Positions 6,608-14,694 of a DNA stretch of 48,528 nucleotides are shown piece after piece. The position numbers and the translations under genes were made by a program. Every line of letters begins with the position of its first letter. The first letter of the stretch is position 1. The notes below the pieces were generated by a model. That model saw only the letters and a list, made by a program, of their open reading frames with translations, had not been told where the DNA came from and ran no database searches. Source of the stretch: Candidatus Aenigmatarchaeota archaeon (GTDB lineage Archaea; Aenigmatarchaeota; Aenigmatarchaeia; Aenigmatarchaeales; Aenigmatarchaeaceae); the NCBI GenBank assembly GCA_011773475.1, contig WVXN01000001.1, positions 13,699 through 62,226 of the forward strand, given 5' to 3'.

Positions 6608-8074
6608 CTATTCTATGTCTATTTGTGCTCTTTGTAGTTTCCCTGAATAGTCAACATAAACTGTTTTTACTTCAGAAAACTCCTCTATTCCTAGAATTCC
6701 GCCTTCTCTAGTATTTCCTGTGTGCTTAACTCCTCCAAATGGTAAATGAACCTCAGAACCGATTGTGCTTGCATTAACATAAGTTAGACCTGCTTCAAGT
6801 TTTTCAATGGCTTTGAAAGCATTTCTAACATTGTTTGTGTAAATGGAAGTACTAAGACCGTATTCAACCGAATTAGCAAGTTTAATAGCTTCATTCAGAT
6901 CTTTAGCAGATATAACAGCAACCACAGGTCCAAATATTTCTTCTTGTGCAATTCTCATATCCATGAAACAGTCTGTAAACAGAGTTGGTTCAAAGAAAAA
7001 TCCTTTCATTTCTGGGATATGACCACCTACTAAAAGCTTGCCACCTTCTTTTAATCCAATTTCAACATAATTTCTAGACTTTTCCTGAGCAGCTCTATTG
7101 ACTAAAGGTCCAATATCTGTTTTTTCATCCAAACCGTTTCCCAGTCTTAATTTTTTAATTCTCTCAACAATCATTTTTTCGAATTTTGCTTTTACATTTT
7201 CATGAATTATAACTCTTGAAGCAGCTGTGCATCTTTGTCCTGTTGTTCCAAAACCTCCCCATATTACACCATCCACTGCTAATTCCAAATCAGCATCATC
7301 CATTATTATTATTGGGTTCTTTCCACCAAGTTCTAGACTAACTTTTTTGATTCCTGCTTCTTTTAATATTGTAGCTCCTGTGTCTCTATGCCCTGTAAAA
7401 GATACGGATCTTATTTTCTCGTTTTTAACAATAGACATTCCAACAGAGCCTCCAGGCCCTGTTACTAGATTTACTACACCTTTTGGAATTCCTGCTTTTT
7501 CAAGAATTTCTACAAGTTTTATTGCACATAGAGGTGTGTCTGATGAGGGTTTGAAAACAACTGTATTTCCACAAATCAAAGCAGGCATTAGTTTCCATGC
7601 AGGAATTGCTATTGGGAAGTTCCAAGGAGTTATTAACCCACAAATACCTAAGGGTCGTCTAACTGTCATTGCGAATTTTTCTTTTAATTCAGAAGTAGTT
7701 GTGTGTCCGAATAATCTTCTCCCTTCTGCTGCCATGTAATATGTCATATCAATTGCTTCTTGGACATCTCCTCTTGCCTCCACTAAAACTTTTCCCATCT
7801 CCCATGTCATTAACTTTGCTAGATCTTCTTTTTGTTGTTTTAGCATCTCTCCTATTTTGAAAAGAATTTCTCCTCTTTTTGGTGGAGGTGTTTCAGACCA
7901 ATATTCAAAAGCATTTTCAGCTGCATCCACTGCCTTTTTCACATCGTTCTCATTTCCTTTTTGAAATTGTCCTATTATCTCATCGGAATTAGCTGGATTT
8001 ACTCTCTCGAATATTTCTCCAGATTCAGAATCAACCCATTCCCCATTAATATACATCTTATGTCTTTCAACCAT
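6608..8074 (-). CDS. NAD(P)+-dependent aldehyde dehydrogenase
   Basis: Full-length ALDH fold signature: catalytic Glu in LELGGKNP, catalytic Cys in GQRCTAASR, FTGHRDTG and EEIFGPV. Confidence 0.9.
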   Translation of the reverse strand: MVERHKMYINGEWVDSESGEIFERVNPANSDEIIGQFQKGNENDVKKAVDAAENAFEYWSETPPPKRGEILFKIGEMLKQQKEDLAKLMTWEMGKVLVEARGDVQEAIDMTYYMAAEGRRLFGHTTTSELKEKFAMTVRRPLGICGLITPWNFPIAIPAWKLMPALICGNTVVFKPSSDTPLCAIKLVEILEKAGIPKGVVNLVTGPGGSVGMSIVKNEKIRSVSFTGHRDTGATILKEAGIKKVSLELGGKNPIIIMDDADLELAVDGVIWGGFGTTGQRCTAASRVIIHENVKAKFEKMIVERIKKLRLGNGLDEKTDIGPLVNRAAQEKSRNYVEIGLKEGGKLLVGGHIPEMKGFFFEPTLFTDCFMDMRIAQEEIFGPVVAVISAKDLNEAIKLANSVEYGLSTSIYTNNVRNAFKAIEKLEAGLTYVNASTIGSEVHLPFGGVKHTGNTREGGILGIEEFSEVKTVYVDYSGKLQRAQIDIE

Positions 8075-8242
8075 GTAAGAAATTTGTAATTACTTCTTTA
8101 TTAAGTTTCTTTTTTAAAGAATATAAAAATCCTTTTTTCTAAATCTCAACAATTTTATAAACATATATCATCCTACTTTCATAATCTCCATATTTTAACT
8201 AGAAAAAGAATCTTCAAATGTTTAATTTTTTTATATTGTCAT

Positions 8243-8746
8243 TTAAAGCTTCAAATCAATTTCTTCTTCAGTTAAAATCTCCATTTCGACCTCAGTTTCC
8301 AGTTCTAAATCTATTGTGTCCATTTCTAAAGTTTCTATACTATTCATAGCTTCGGCAAAAGGTTCGAGTTCTAAGGTTTCAGGAGTTTGAGAAATAGGTT
8401 GTTGAATAAAATAATAACTTGATATTAAAGCTAAACCAGCTATTAAAATTACACTAATACTAAGAAATATGACAACCCTATTGTATCCAGGATGTAGAAG
8501 TTTTTTTCCAGAGTTTGATATTTTATAATAGACCCATTTTCTACCAGGTCTTTCGACTCTCTCTATTAAATCTGATTTTTCCAAAATATTCAAATGCTCA
8601 GAAACAGTTGTGACATGTTTGTTCAAATGTCTAGACAATTCAGATGCTGTCATGGGTCTTTCTTCTAATGCTCTTAGGATATCTATCCTAGTGTCAGCTG
8701 TCACAACTTTTAACATCCGTCTTGAAATTTTGAATTCTTTTTCCAT
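8243..8746 (-). CDS. Membrane-tethered ArsR-type winged-helix regulator with acidic extracytoplasmic tail
   Basis: N-terminal wHTH (TRIDILRALEERPMTASELSRHLNKHVTTVSEHLNILEKSDLIERVERPGRKWVYYKIS). Single TM helix (VVIFLSISVILIAGLALISSYYF). Tail ...ELETEVEMEILTEEEIDLKL. Confidence 0.8.
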   Translation of the reverse strand: MEKEFKISRRMLKVVTADTRIDILRALEERPMTASELSRHLNKHVTTVSEHLNILEKSDLIERVERPGRKWVYYKISNSGKKLLHPGYNRVVIFLSISVILIAGLALISSYYFIQQPISQTPETLELEPFAEAMNSIETLEMDTIDLELETEVEMEILTEEEIDLKL

Positions 8747-8788
8747 AATATTTTTATAGAATAAACATGTTTAAATGTTTTCAATTAT

Positions 8789-8816
8789 TTAGGGTCTTTA
8801 CCCTAAGAATTCTTAT
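8789..8816. promoter_or_regulatory. Two adjacent palindromes in the divergent promoter region
   Basis: TTAGGGT-cttt-ACCCTAA (8789-8806) overlaps TAAGAATTCTTA (8803-8816). They lie between the wHTH-TM gene and the secreted-protein operon. Confidence 0.3.
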
Positions 8817-8863
8817 CTTTTTAAATCAATCTTATGTCTCCTTATAATTATGGGGTGAAAAAA

Positions 8864-9343
8864 ATGAAAAAAGAATTTGCATTAATAATACCGTTGATAT
8901 TAATGTCAGCATTCGCAGTACCAGCTTTAGCAGCGGAATCACCACAATATGGACCTAAAACTATAACTATTGTGGATTACATGGGAGTGGAAGATGTAAC
9001 AGAACATAAGTGGGACGTTATTTATAACTCAAATTATTATGCAACCAGAATATACAGTAAAGGTCAGAGACTATTAGGATGGGAAATAGAAAAAAATAAG
9101 CATAGTATTGTGTCAGAGAGAGATTTTGTTTCAGATACAGAAACAAACCCACCTTTATGTGGTTATAAAACAGTCACTTATTTCGATTATGAGGGATATG
9201 ATGTCAAAGAACATAATTGGAAATGTTTATATGACAATGATTTCTATGTAATAAAAATATACACTGAAAATGGAAATAACATGTTGTTAGGTTGGCAGAT
9301 ATTTAGAAACGGACAATTGGTATCAACAAGAGCTTTTATTTAA
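8864..9343 (+). CDS. Secreted protein made of two tandem ~65-aa repeats (hypothetical)
   Basis: Start moved to ATG 8864, which has GGGGTGA 7 nt upstream. Signal peptide MKKEFALIIPLILMSAFAVPALA. Internal repeat YGPKTITIVDYMGVEDVTEHKWDVIYNSNYYATRIYSKGQRLLGWEI versus CGYKTVTYFDYEGYDVKEHNWKCLYDNDFYVIKIYTENGNNMLLGWQI. Confidence 0.7.
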   Translation: MKKEFALIIPLILMSAFAVPALAAESPQYGPKTITIVDYMGVEDVTEHKWDVIYNSNYYATRIYSKGQRLLGWEIEKNKHSIVSERDFVSDTETNPPLCGYKTVTYFDYEGYDVKEHNWKCLYDNDFYVIKIYTENGNNMLLGWQIFRNGQLVSTRAFI

Positions 9344-9433
9344 GATGAAGGATCAGCCTTCATCTTTTTGTTATTACCATAAAAAATCTCAAATTTTAAA
9401 TATTGGTAAAAAAAATTATTATGAGGTGAAAAA

Positions 9434-10249
9434 ATGAACAAAAATCGTATAATATTTGGTTTAACAACTTTACTTATAACAGCAATCATCGCATCTTCTA
9501 TAGCACTAGCATTTCGTATGGATATTGAAGGAACAGTGTCTAAAGAAATAGTAGAGCTTGGGGAAACTATTACTATAACAGTTCATGCATTTGATATCAC
9601 TGATAGGGATGATTGGACATGGCATGGAACAGTAGTAAGATATGGGGCAGACGGAAGCGAAACTGTTGTAGCAGAAGCTGATGGATCAGTCGGAACCTAT
9701 GATGCAGCAACACCTATATGGACTCATGATTTTACAGCACCCTCATCTTTTCCTGTTGACACATTCAAATGGCATGGAGAAGTGTCTTATGTGAAATATG
9801 TTGTAAGGGTTAGATTCAATAACCCAAAGAAGTTAACAGGAGCTGGACTAGCAAAGACATTTATTTTAGTTAATACAAGACAAGACATAATAAATTTTTT
9901 GAGCAATCCGATGCTTGTCAAAGTAAATAATTTAATAAATGCAGCTAACAGTGAATTGACAACGAAAATAGATGCTAGAATAGCTTCATGCACAGAAGGA
10001 GGCAACACAGACGAAGACGTAGCAACAAGGTGGGAAGCAATAAAACCAGGAATAAATGATATAAAAACAGATGCAGAAGCTATCAAAGATAAAATAACTA
10101 CTGCAATAGGCGACTTGAATATCAAGAATATCAAAGAAGCAGACGATCTGATTGTAGATTTCTGGAATGTACATGGGACAACTAGAAATGAATATTACGA
10201 CTTAATTGAAGATACTTTAGAAAAATGTGCAGAACCTGTAGGTGAATAA
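9434..10249 (+). CDS. Secreted or anchored protein (hypothetical)
   Basis: GAGGTGA lies 7 nt before ATG 9434. N-terminal hydrophobic segment (IIFGLTTLLITAIIASSIALA). Beta-rich N-terminal half and helical C-terminal half. Confidence 0.65.
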   Translation: MNKNRIIFGLTTLLITAIIASSIALAFRMDIEGTVSKEIVELGETITITVHAFDITDRDDWTWHGTVVRYGADGSETVVAEADGSVGTYDAATPIWTHDFTAPSSFPVDTFKWHGEVSYVKYVVRVRFNNPKKLTGAGLAKTFILVNTRQDIINFLSNPMLVKVNNLINAANSELTTKIDARIASCTEGGNTDEDVATRWEAIKPGINDIKTDAEAIKDKITTAIGDLNIKNIKEADDLIVDFWNVHGTTRNEYYDLIEDTLEKCAEPVGE

Positions 10250-10250
10250 G

Positions 10251-10502
10251 ATGAAAACAACATATATAGCAGTTATTGTGATAATAGTGATAATACTACT
10301 ACTTGCAGGTTTCCTCTCTTTAAGAGGCAGTGAAGTTTTTCCAACAACTACTACAACTCCACCAATTACAACAACAGAAACAGAATTGGGGAGCTCATTA
10401 AAAGATATGGAAGGTTTGACCGACGGGATATTGAAACTTCCAGCAGAAACAGAAATCGAGATCGAAGAATTTACTGAAGAAACATTTGAGTTGAAACTTT
10501 AG
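10251..10502 (+). CDS. Small single-pass membrane protein with Thr/Pro linker and acidic ...ELKL tail
   Basis: Start moved to ATG 10251 (AGGTGA 7 nt upstream; the track start is a GTG). TM helix, then PTTTTTPPITTTET, then tail AETEIEIEEFTEETFELKL homologous to the tail of 8243..8746. Confidence 0.65.
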   Translation: MKTTYIAVIVIIVIILLLAGFLSLRGSEVFPTTTTTPPITTTETELGSSLKDMEGLTDGILKLPAETEIEIEEFTEETFELKL

Positions 10503-10532
10503 TTTTTTTATTTTTTCTATTATTTTATTGCC

Positions 10533-10554
10533 GCTATAAAAACCTTTTTATAGC
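10533..10554. promoter_or_regulatory. Perfect 22-bp palindrome containing back-to-back TATA-like boxes
   Basis: GCTATAAAAA-CC-TTTTTATAGC. It follows an oligo-T tract ending the upstream operon and lies ~38 nt before the ATG at 10592. Confidence 0.35.
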
Positions 10555-10591
10555 TTCCTATTGTAATTATTATTTACTGAGGTGGGTTGGT

Positions 10592-10796
10592 ATGACCGGT
10601 GGACTAGTTTGCTCAAACAATAATTAGAAAAGCTCTTTCTACTCCTAAAACTAGACAAGAACTTCTTGAAATAACAAAATTACCTGAAAGAACTCTGAGG
10701 TATAATCTTTCTATCCTAAAGAAAAGAAAAATGATAATAGAATATAAAATTCTAAAAGACATGAGAAAAAAGGTGTATATATGGATTTCTTTTTAA
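10592..10796 (+). pseudogene. Small winged-helix DNA-binding protein gene, apparently frameshifted near codon 6
   Basis: GAGGTG, then 7 nt, then ATG 10592 gives MTGGLVCSNNN*. The +1 frame continues as ...AQTIIRKALSTPKTRQELLEITKLPERTLRYNLSILKKRKMIIEYKILKDMRKKVYIWISF* (stop at 10794-10796), an HTH-like sequence with no start codon of its own. Confidence 0.4.
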
Positions 10797-10807
10797 TAGT
10801 GATTTAA

Positions 10808-11695
10808 ATGACTGCTAATAGTGTTCTTGATTTAATAGGAAACACACCGATAGTCAGAATAAACAAATTAGTAGAATCTGATGATGCGACTATAGTAGCA
10901 AAGGTAGAAAGAGTCAATATTGGAGGTTCTATTAAAGATAGGATAGCAAAATATATGATTGAAAAAGCTGAAGAAGAAGGAAAATTAACAAAAAACAAGA
11001 TAATCCTTGAAGCTACTTCAGGAAATACAGGCATTGGCTTAGCAATGGTTGCTGCTGTCAAAGGTTACAAAGCAGTTTTAATAATGCCAAATTCTGTTAG
11101 TGAAGAAAGAAGAGATGTAATAAAAGCATTAGGATCTGAAGTGATTATAACAAATAGCGAAGAGTGGGGTGCAATAGAAACTGCACATAAAATTATTAAA
11201 AAAAATCCAGAAAAATATTTTTACATAAACCAATTTAGCAACAAATACAATATTCTTGCTCATTATGAAACCACGGGTAAAGAAATTATAGAACAAACTA
11301 ATGGAAAAATAGATATGATAATTGCTGGTATAGGCACTGGTGGAACTATTATGGGTGTTGGGAAGAGATTAAAAGAATTCAACCCAAACGTAAAAATTGT
11401 TGCTGTTGAACCTTTTGCTGGAGAGGTAATTCAAGGATTAATAAATATGAATGAGTATAAACCATCTATATTCGATGAAACAAAAATTGATGAAAAAGTA
11501 AATGTTACTTTAAAGCAAGCAGAGAATATGGCAAGAAGATTGGCAAGGGAAGAAGGTCTTTTTGTTGGTATAAGTTCTGGAGCTTCCGTGCACGTAGCTT
11601 TAAAAAAAGCAAAAGAAATGGGAAGAGGAAAAACTATAGTTGTAATTTTACCTGATTTAGGAGAAAGATATCTGAGTAATAATGTTTTTAAGTAA
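10808..11695 (+). CDS. cysK: Cysteine synthase / O-acetyl(phospho)serine sulfhydrylase family (PLP fold type II)
   Basis: PLP-Lys motif GGSIKDR. Also TSGNTGIGLA and the GIGTGGT loop. Length 295 aa. Confidence 0.85.
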   Translation: MTANSVLDLIGNTPIVRINKLVESDDATIVAKVERVNIGGSIKDRIAKYMIEKAEEEGKLTKNKIILEATSGNTGIGLAMVAAVKGYKAVLIMPNSVSEERRDVIKALGSEVIITNSEEWGAIETAHKIIKKNPEKYFYINQFSNKYNILAHYETTGKEIIEQTNGKIDMIIAGIGTGGTIMGVGKRLKEFNPNVKIVAVEPFAGEVIQGLINMNEYKPSIFDETKIDEKVNVTLKQAENMARRLAREEGLFVGISSGASVHVALKKAKEMGRGKTIVVILPDLGERYLSNNVFK

Positions 11696-11715
11696 TTTAA
11701 CAAAAATATACTCAT

Positions 11716-11786
11716 GCTCGGGTGGCAGAACGGCCATGCGCCCGCCTGCAGAGCGGAGGAACCGAGTTCGACTCTCGGCCCGAGCT
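11716..11786 (+). tRNA. tRNA-Cys (anticodon GCA)
   Basis: Acceptor GCTCGGG/CCCGAGC with discriminator T. Anticodon loop CTGCAGA. T arm CCGAG-TTCGACT-CTCGG. Confidence 0.85.
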
Positions 11787-11798
11787 TTTAGTGATAAA

Positions 11799-13202
11799 AT
11801 GTTAAAAGTTTATAATACTTTAACAAGAAAAAAAGAAGAATTTGTACCACGTGAAAAAGGAAATGTTTACATGTATGTATGTGGTCCAACAGTTTATGGA
11901 TTAATGCATATTGGTAATGCAAGGACTTTCATGACTTTTGATATTATTTATCGTTATTTGAAATGGAGAGGTTTTAAAGTAAATTATGTGCAGAATGTAA
12001 CAGATGTCGGTCATTTGACAGATATTGGTGAAGATAAAATAATTAAAGGTGCAAAAAAACTTGGAATGGAAGTTACGGATTTTGCTAATCTGATGATCAA
12101 AAATTATTTTGAAGATTTGAAATCTTTAGATATTTTAAAACCGGACTTAACTCCAAGAGCTTCTGAACATATTCAAGACATGATAGATGTTATTAAAAAA
12201 TTAATAAAAAATGGATATGCATATGAATCAGAAGGTTATGTCTATTTTGATATTTCTAAGTTCAAAAACTACGGTAAGATATCCAAACAAGATCCAGAAT
12301 ATTTGGAGAAACAGAGAAAAGAAACGCACGGACGTAAAAGGCATGAAGGCGATTTTGTACTATGGTTCCCGGCACCTGAAAATTATCCATTAAAATGGAA
12401 AAGTCCATGGAGTGTTGGGTTTCCGGGATGGCATATTGAATGTTCAACAATGTCTTCTAAATATTTAGGTCTGCCATTGGATATTCATGGTGGAGGAAAA
12501 GATCTAATATTTCCCCATCATGAAGATGAGGTTGCACAAGCTGAAGGAGCAACTGGAAAGAAATTCTGTAATTATTGGTTGCATGGAGAATTTATTTTAA
12601 TTAGAGGAGAGAAAATGGCAAAATCCTTAGGAAATGTTATTTCTGCTAGAGATGCAATTAAAAAATATGGTAGAAAAGCTGTGAGATACTTCTTAATATC
12701 TTCTCATTATAGAACAGAAATAAATTTGACTGATGAATCTATAAAATCTGCTCAAAATACAGTGAAAAAATTAATTGACTTTGTTGACAGAATTCAAGAA
12801 ATAAAACCAAAAGGAAAATATAATGAGAAACTTAAAAAGAAAATAACTGAAACAAAAGAAAAATTTGAAAAAAATATGGACGATGATTTTAATATGCCTC
12901 TCGCACTTGCAGCAATCTTTGATCTTGTTAATGAGACAAATAAAGCTATTAATGAGAAAAAAATCTCTAAAGAAAATCTTGTTGAAATTTATGAAACGGT
13001 GATGGACTTTGATAAGGTTCTTAGTATTTTGGAACACGAAAAAGGAAAACTAACTAAAGAAATGATGGATTTAATCATAAAAAGAGAAGGCTATAGAAAA
13101 AGAGGAGATTTCGAAACTGCAGACAAAATAAGAGAGGAATTAAGAAAAAGAGGGTACATAGTTGAAGACGGTCCTGAAGGTCCCAGATGGAGAAAAATTT
13201 AA
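11799..13202 (+). CDS. cysS: Cysteinyl-tRNA synthetase
   Basis: Start moved to ATG 11799 (MLKVYNTLTRKKEEF), because the track ORF 11682.. runs through tRNA-Cys. HIGH-type motif MHIGNAR and KMSKS-type motif KMAKSLGN. Confidence 0.9.
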   Translation: MLKVYNTLTRKKEEFVPREKGNVYMYVCGPTVYGLMHIGNARTFMTFDIIYRYLKWRGFKVNYVQNVTDVGHLTDIGEDKIIKGAKKLGMEVTDFANLMIKNYFEDLKSLDILKPDLTPRASEHIQDMIDVIKKLIKNGYAYESEGYVYFDISKFKNYGKISKQDPEYLEKQRKETHGRKRHEGDFVLWFPAPENYPLKWKSPWSVGFPGWHIECSTMSSKYLGLPLDIHGGGKDLIFPHHEDEVAQAEGATGKKFCNYWLHGEFILIRGEKMAKSLGNVISARDAIKKYGRKAVRYFLISSHYRTEINLTDESIKSAQNTVKKLIDFVDRIQEIKPKGKYNEKLKKKITETKEKFEKNMDDDFNMPLALAAIFDLVNETNKAINEKKISKENLVEIYETVMDFDKVLSILEHEKGKLTKEMMDLIIKREGYRKRGDFETADKIREELRKRGYIVEDGPEGPRWRKI

Positions 13203-13248
13203 TGTTCTTCTATATATTTTTTTAATTTATTTGCTTCTTTTTGTTTGA

Positions 13249-13263
13249 CTAAAAGTCTTTTAG
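13249..13263. terminator. Hairpin between convergent cysS and eno
   Basis: CTAAAAG-t-CTTTTAG in a T-rich convergent intergenic region. Weak evidence only. Confidence 0.25.
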
Positions 13264-13312
13264 CACTCTCCTAACTCTAGACATCATAAAAAATGATAAG
13301 AAAATGAGAAAT

Positions 13313-14467
13313 TTAAATGTTTATTTTTGCCATTTCAGGTTTTTTGACTTTGTTCCATATTTGTACTAATCTTTTTAGCTTTGAAGTTCTCTCTTTTCCA
13401 TGTATTCCACACTTTATTATAGGAGATTCTGTAGCAACAGCTAGATCAGCAATAAAAGTGTCAGTTGTGTCTCTAGACCTGTGGGAAACAATGGTTTTAT
13501 AATTTGCTTTTTTTGCAATTTCAATAGTATTTAGAGTTCTTGAAACAGATCCAACTTGGTCGGGTTTTATTATAATTCCATTTCCTGCTTTTTTCTTTAT
13601 TCCTCTTTTTAATCTTTTAGAATCTGTAGCAAAAATATCATCACCAACTATCAAACATCTAGCTTTCTTAGTTAATTCAGAAAAATGTTTAAAATCGTCC
13701 TCATGAAAAGGATCTTCAACATATAATAGTCTATAAGTTTTTATTAGATCTAAGATGAATTCTAATTGTTCTCCAGGAGAAAGTTTTTTCTTAGTATCTT
13801 TATAATAATACTTACCTTTTTTATAAATTTCATAAGCGGCAACATCTATCCCAACTCTTGCCCCATGATTTTCTGCTATATGACTGACAAGGTCTAAACT
13901 TTTAACATCATCTAATTTACAAGTCCATGCTCCCTCATAATTGTTTCCTAATGAAATTTCTCTTAATTTGATGAATTTCCCAACATCTTTCCATATAGAT
14001 TGATTTATTTTTATTGCTTCTTTTACGGTTTCAGCTCTAACTGGTAAAACTAAAAATTCTTGAATTGAGGTGTATCCTTTGTGAGCACCACCTCCTATAA
14101 CATTTCCTAGAGGATAAGGAAAAATATTAGATTTTTTATTTAGAAACTTGTAAATATTGTCTTTTGACAAGGCCTTTATTGCCGCAATAGATAAAACCAA
14201 AGATAGATTTGCGCCTATTTTTTCTATGCCAATTTTCTCTATTATTCTTTCTACATTTTTTTCTCTCTTTCCAATGAATTTCTTTTTTATTTCTGGAAAA
14301 TTCTTAATAATAATTTCATTATCCAATGTCTTTGCCTCATACTCTCCTTCAGAACTTCCAGAAGGCGCAGAAGCTGTAAAAATTCCTTTTTCAGTTTTCA
14401 TTGAAATTTTTATTGTCTTTTCTTTAACAGCATTATAAATTTCTGATATTTCTAAATCTTTTATCAT
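13313..14467 (-). CDS. eno: Enolase (divergent)
   Basis: APSGSSEGEYEA, IQEFLVLP, DVAAYE, YVEDPF, VGDDI, IIKPDQVG and VSHRSRDTTDTFIADLAV follow the order of enolase motifs. Start placed at ATG 14467 (MIKDLEISEI...); the track start 14512 would overlap rpoK. Confidence 0.8.
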   Translation of the reverse strand: MIKDLEISEIYNAVKEKTIKISMKTEKGIFTASAPSGSSEGEYEAKTLDNEIIIKNFPEIKKKFIGKREKNVERIIEKIGIEKIGANLSLVLSIAAIKALSKDNIYKFLNKKSNIFPYPLGNVIGGGAHKGYTSIQEFLVLPVRAETVKEAIKINQSIWKDVGKFIKLREISLGNNYEGAWTCKLDDVKSLDLVSHIAENHGARVGIDVAAYEIYKKGKYYYKDTKKKLSPGEQLEFILDLIKTYRLLYVEDPFHEDDFKHFSELTKKARCLIVGDDIFATDSKRLKRGIKKKAGNGIIIKPDQVGSVSRTLNTIEIAKKANYKTIVSHRSRDTTDTFIADLAVATESPIIKCGIHGKERTSKLKRLVQIWNKVKKPEMAKINI

Positions 14468-14486
14468 ATTATCAATTGAGAAGCTT

Positions 14487-14684
14487 TCAATTATTCTTGT
14501 TTTTCTTAACATCTAATGGTATGAGTCCTTTATTAAACTCAAGTTTGGCAATTTTAACAGGATCTTTTAATCTTGTTTTTACCATTATGGGAGCACCTCT
14601 TGATATTTGTAAAGCCCTTGCTCCAATGATTCTTGCTTTCTCAAACCTAGTATAGTCTTTTGAACAAATTTCTTTTTTCTTCAT
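14487..14684 (-). CDS. rpoK: DNA-directed RNA polymerase subunit K (Rpo6)
   Basis: TRFEKARIIGARALQISRGAP motif. 65 aa. The rpoK-eno neighbourhood is common in archaea. Confidence 0.8.
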   Translation of the reverse strand: MKKKEICSKDYTRFEKARIIGARALQISRGAPIMVKTRLKDPVKIAKLEFNKGLIPLDVKKNKNN

Positions 14685-14694
14685 GATATCACTG

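Noticed and set aside
7227-7739. 170-aa plus-strand ORF inside the aldehyde dehydrogenase gene. The same class includes 1295..1633, 9787..10134, 15054..15419, 23098..23436, 28585..28944, 33384..33659 and 42800..43450.
   Set aside because: These are antisense shadows of strongly supported genes. They have low-complexity or Ser/Leu/Phe-rich translations, no recognisable motifs and no SD.
11682-11798. N-terminal 39 codons of the 506-aa track ORF (11682..13202)
   Set aside because: This stretch is the tRNA-Cys gene read as protein (…SCSGGRTAMRPPAERRNRVRLSARAF…). The CysRS homology begins at MLKVYNTLT (ATG 11799), which has its own GTGAT SD.
13313-14467. Enolase as an inactivated pseudo-enzyme because of SHRSRDT (versus the canonical SHRSGETED) and a divergent N-terminal loop
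   Set aside because: The metal-ligand and catalytic positions I can align by eye are present: PSGSSEG Ser, DVAAYE Asp, VEDP Glu, VGDD Asp, and the KPDQVG and IKCG Lys. Divergence is more likely than loss of function. This needs a real alignment to settle.
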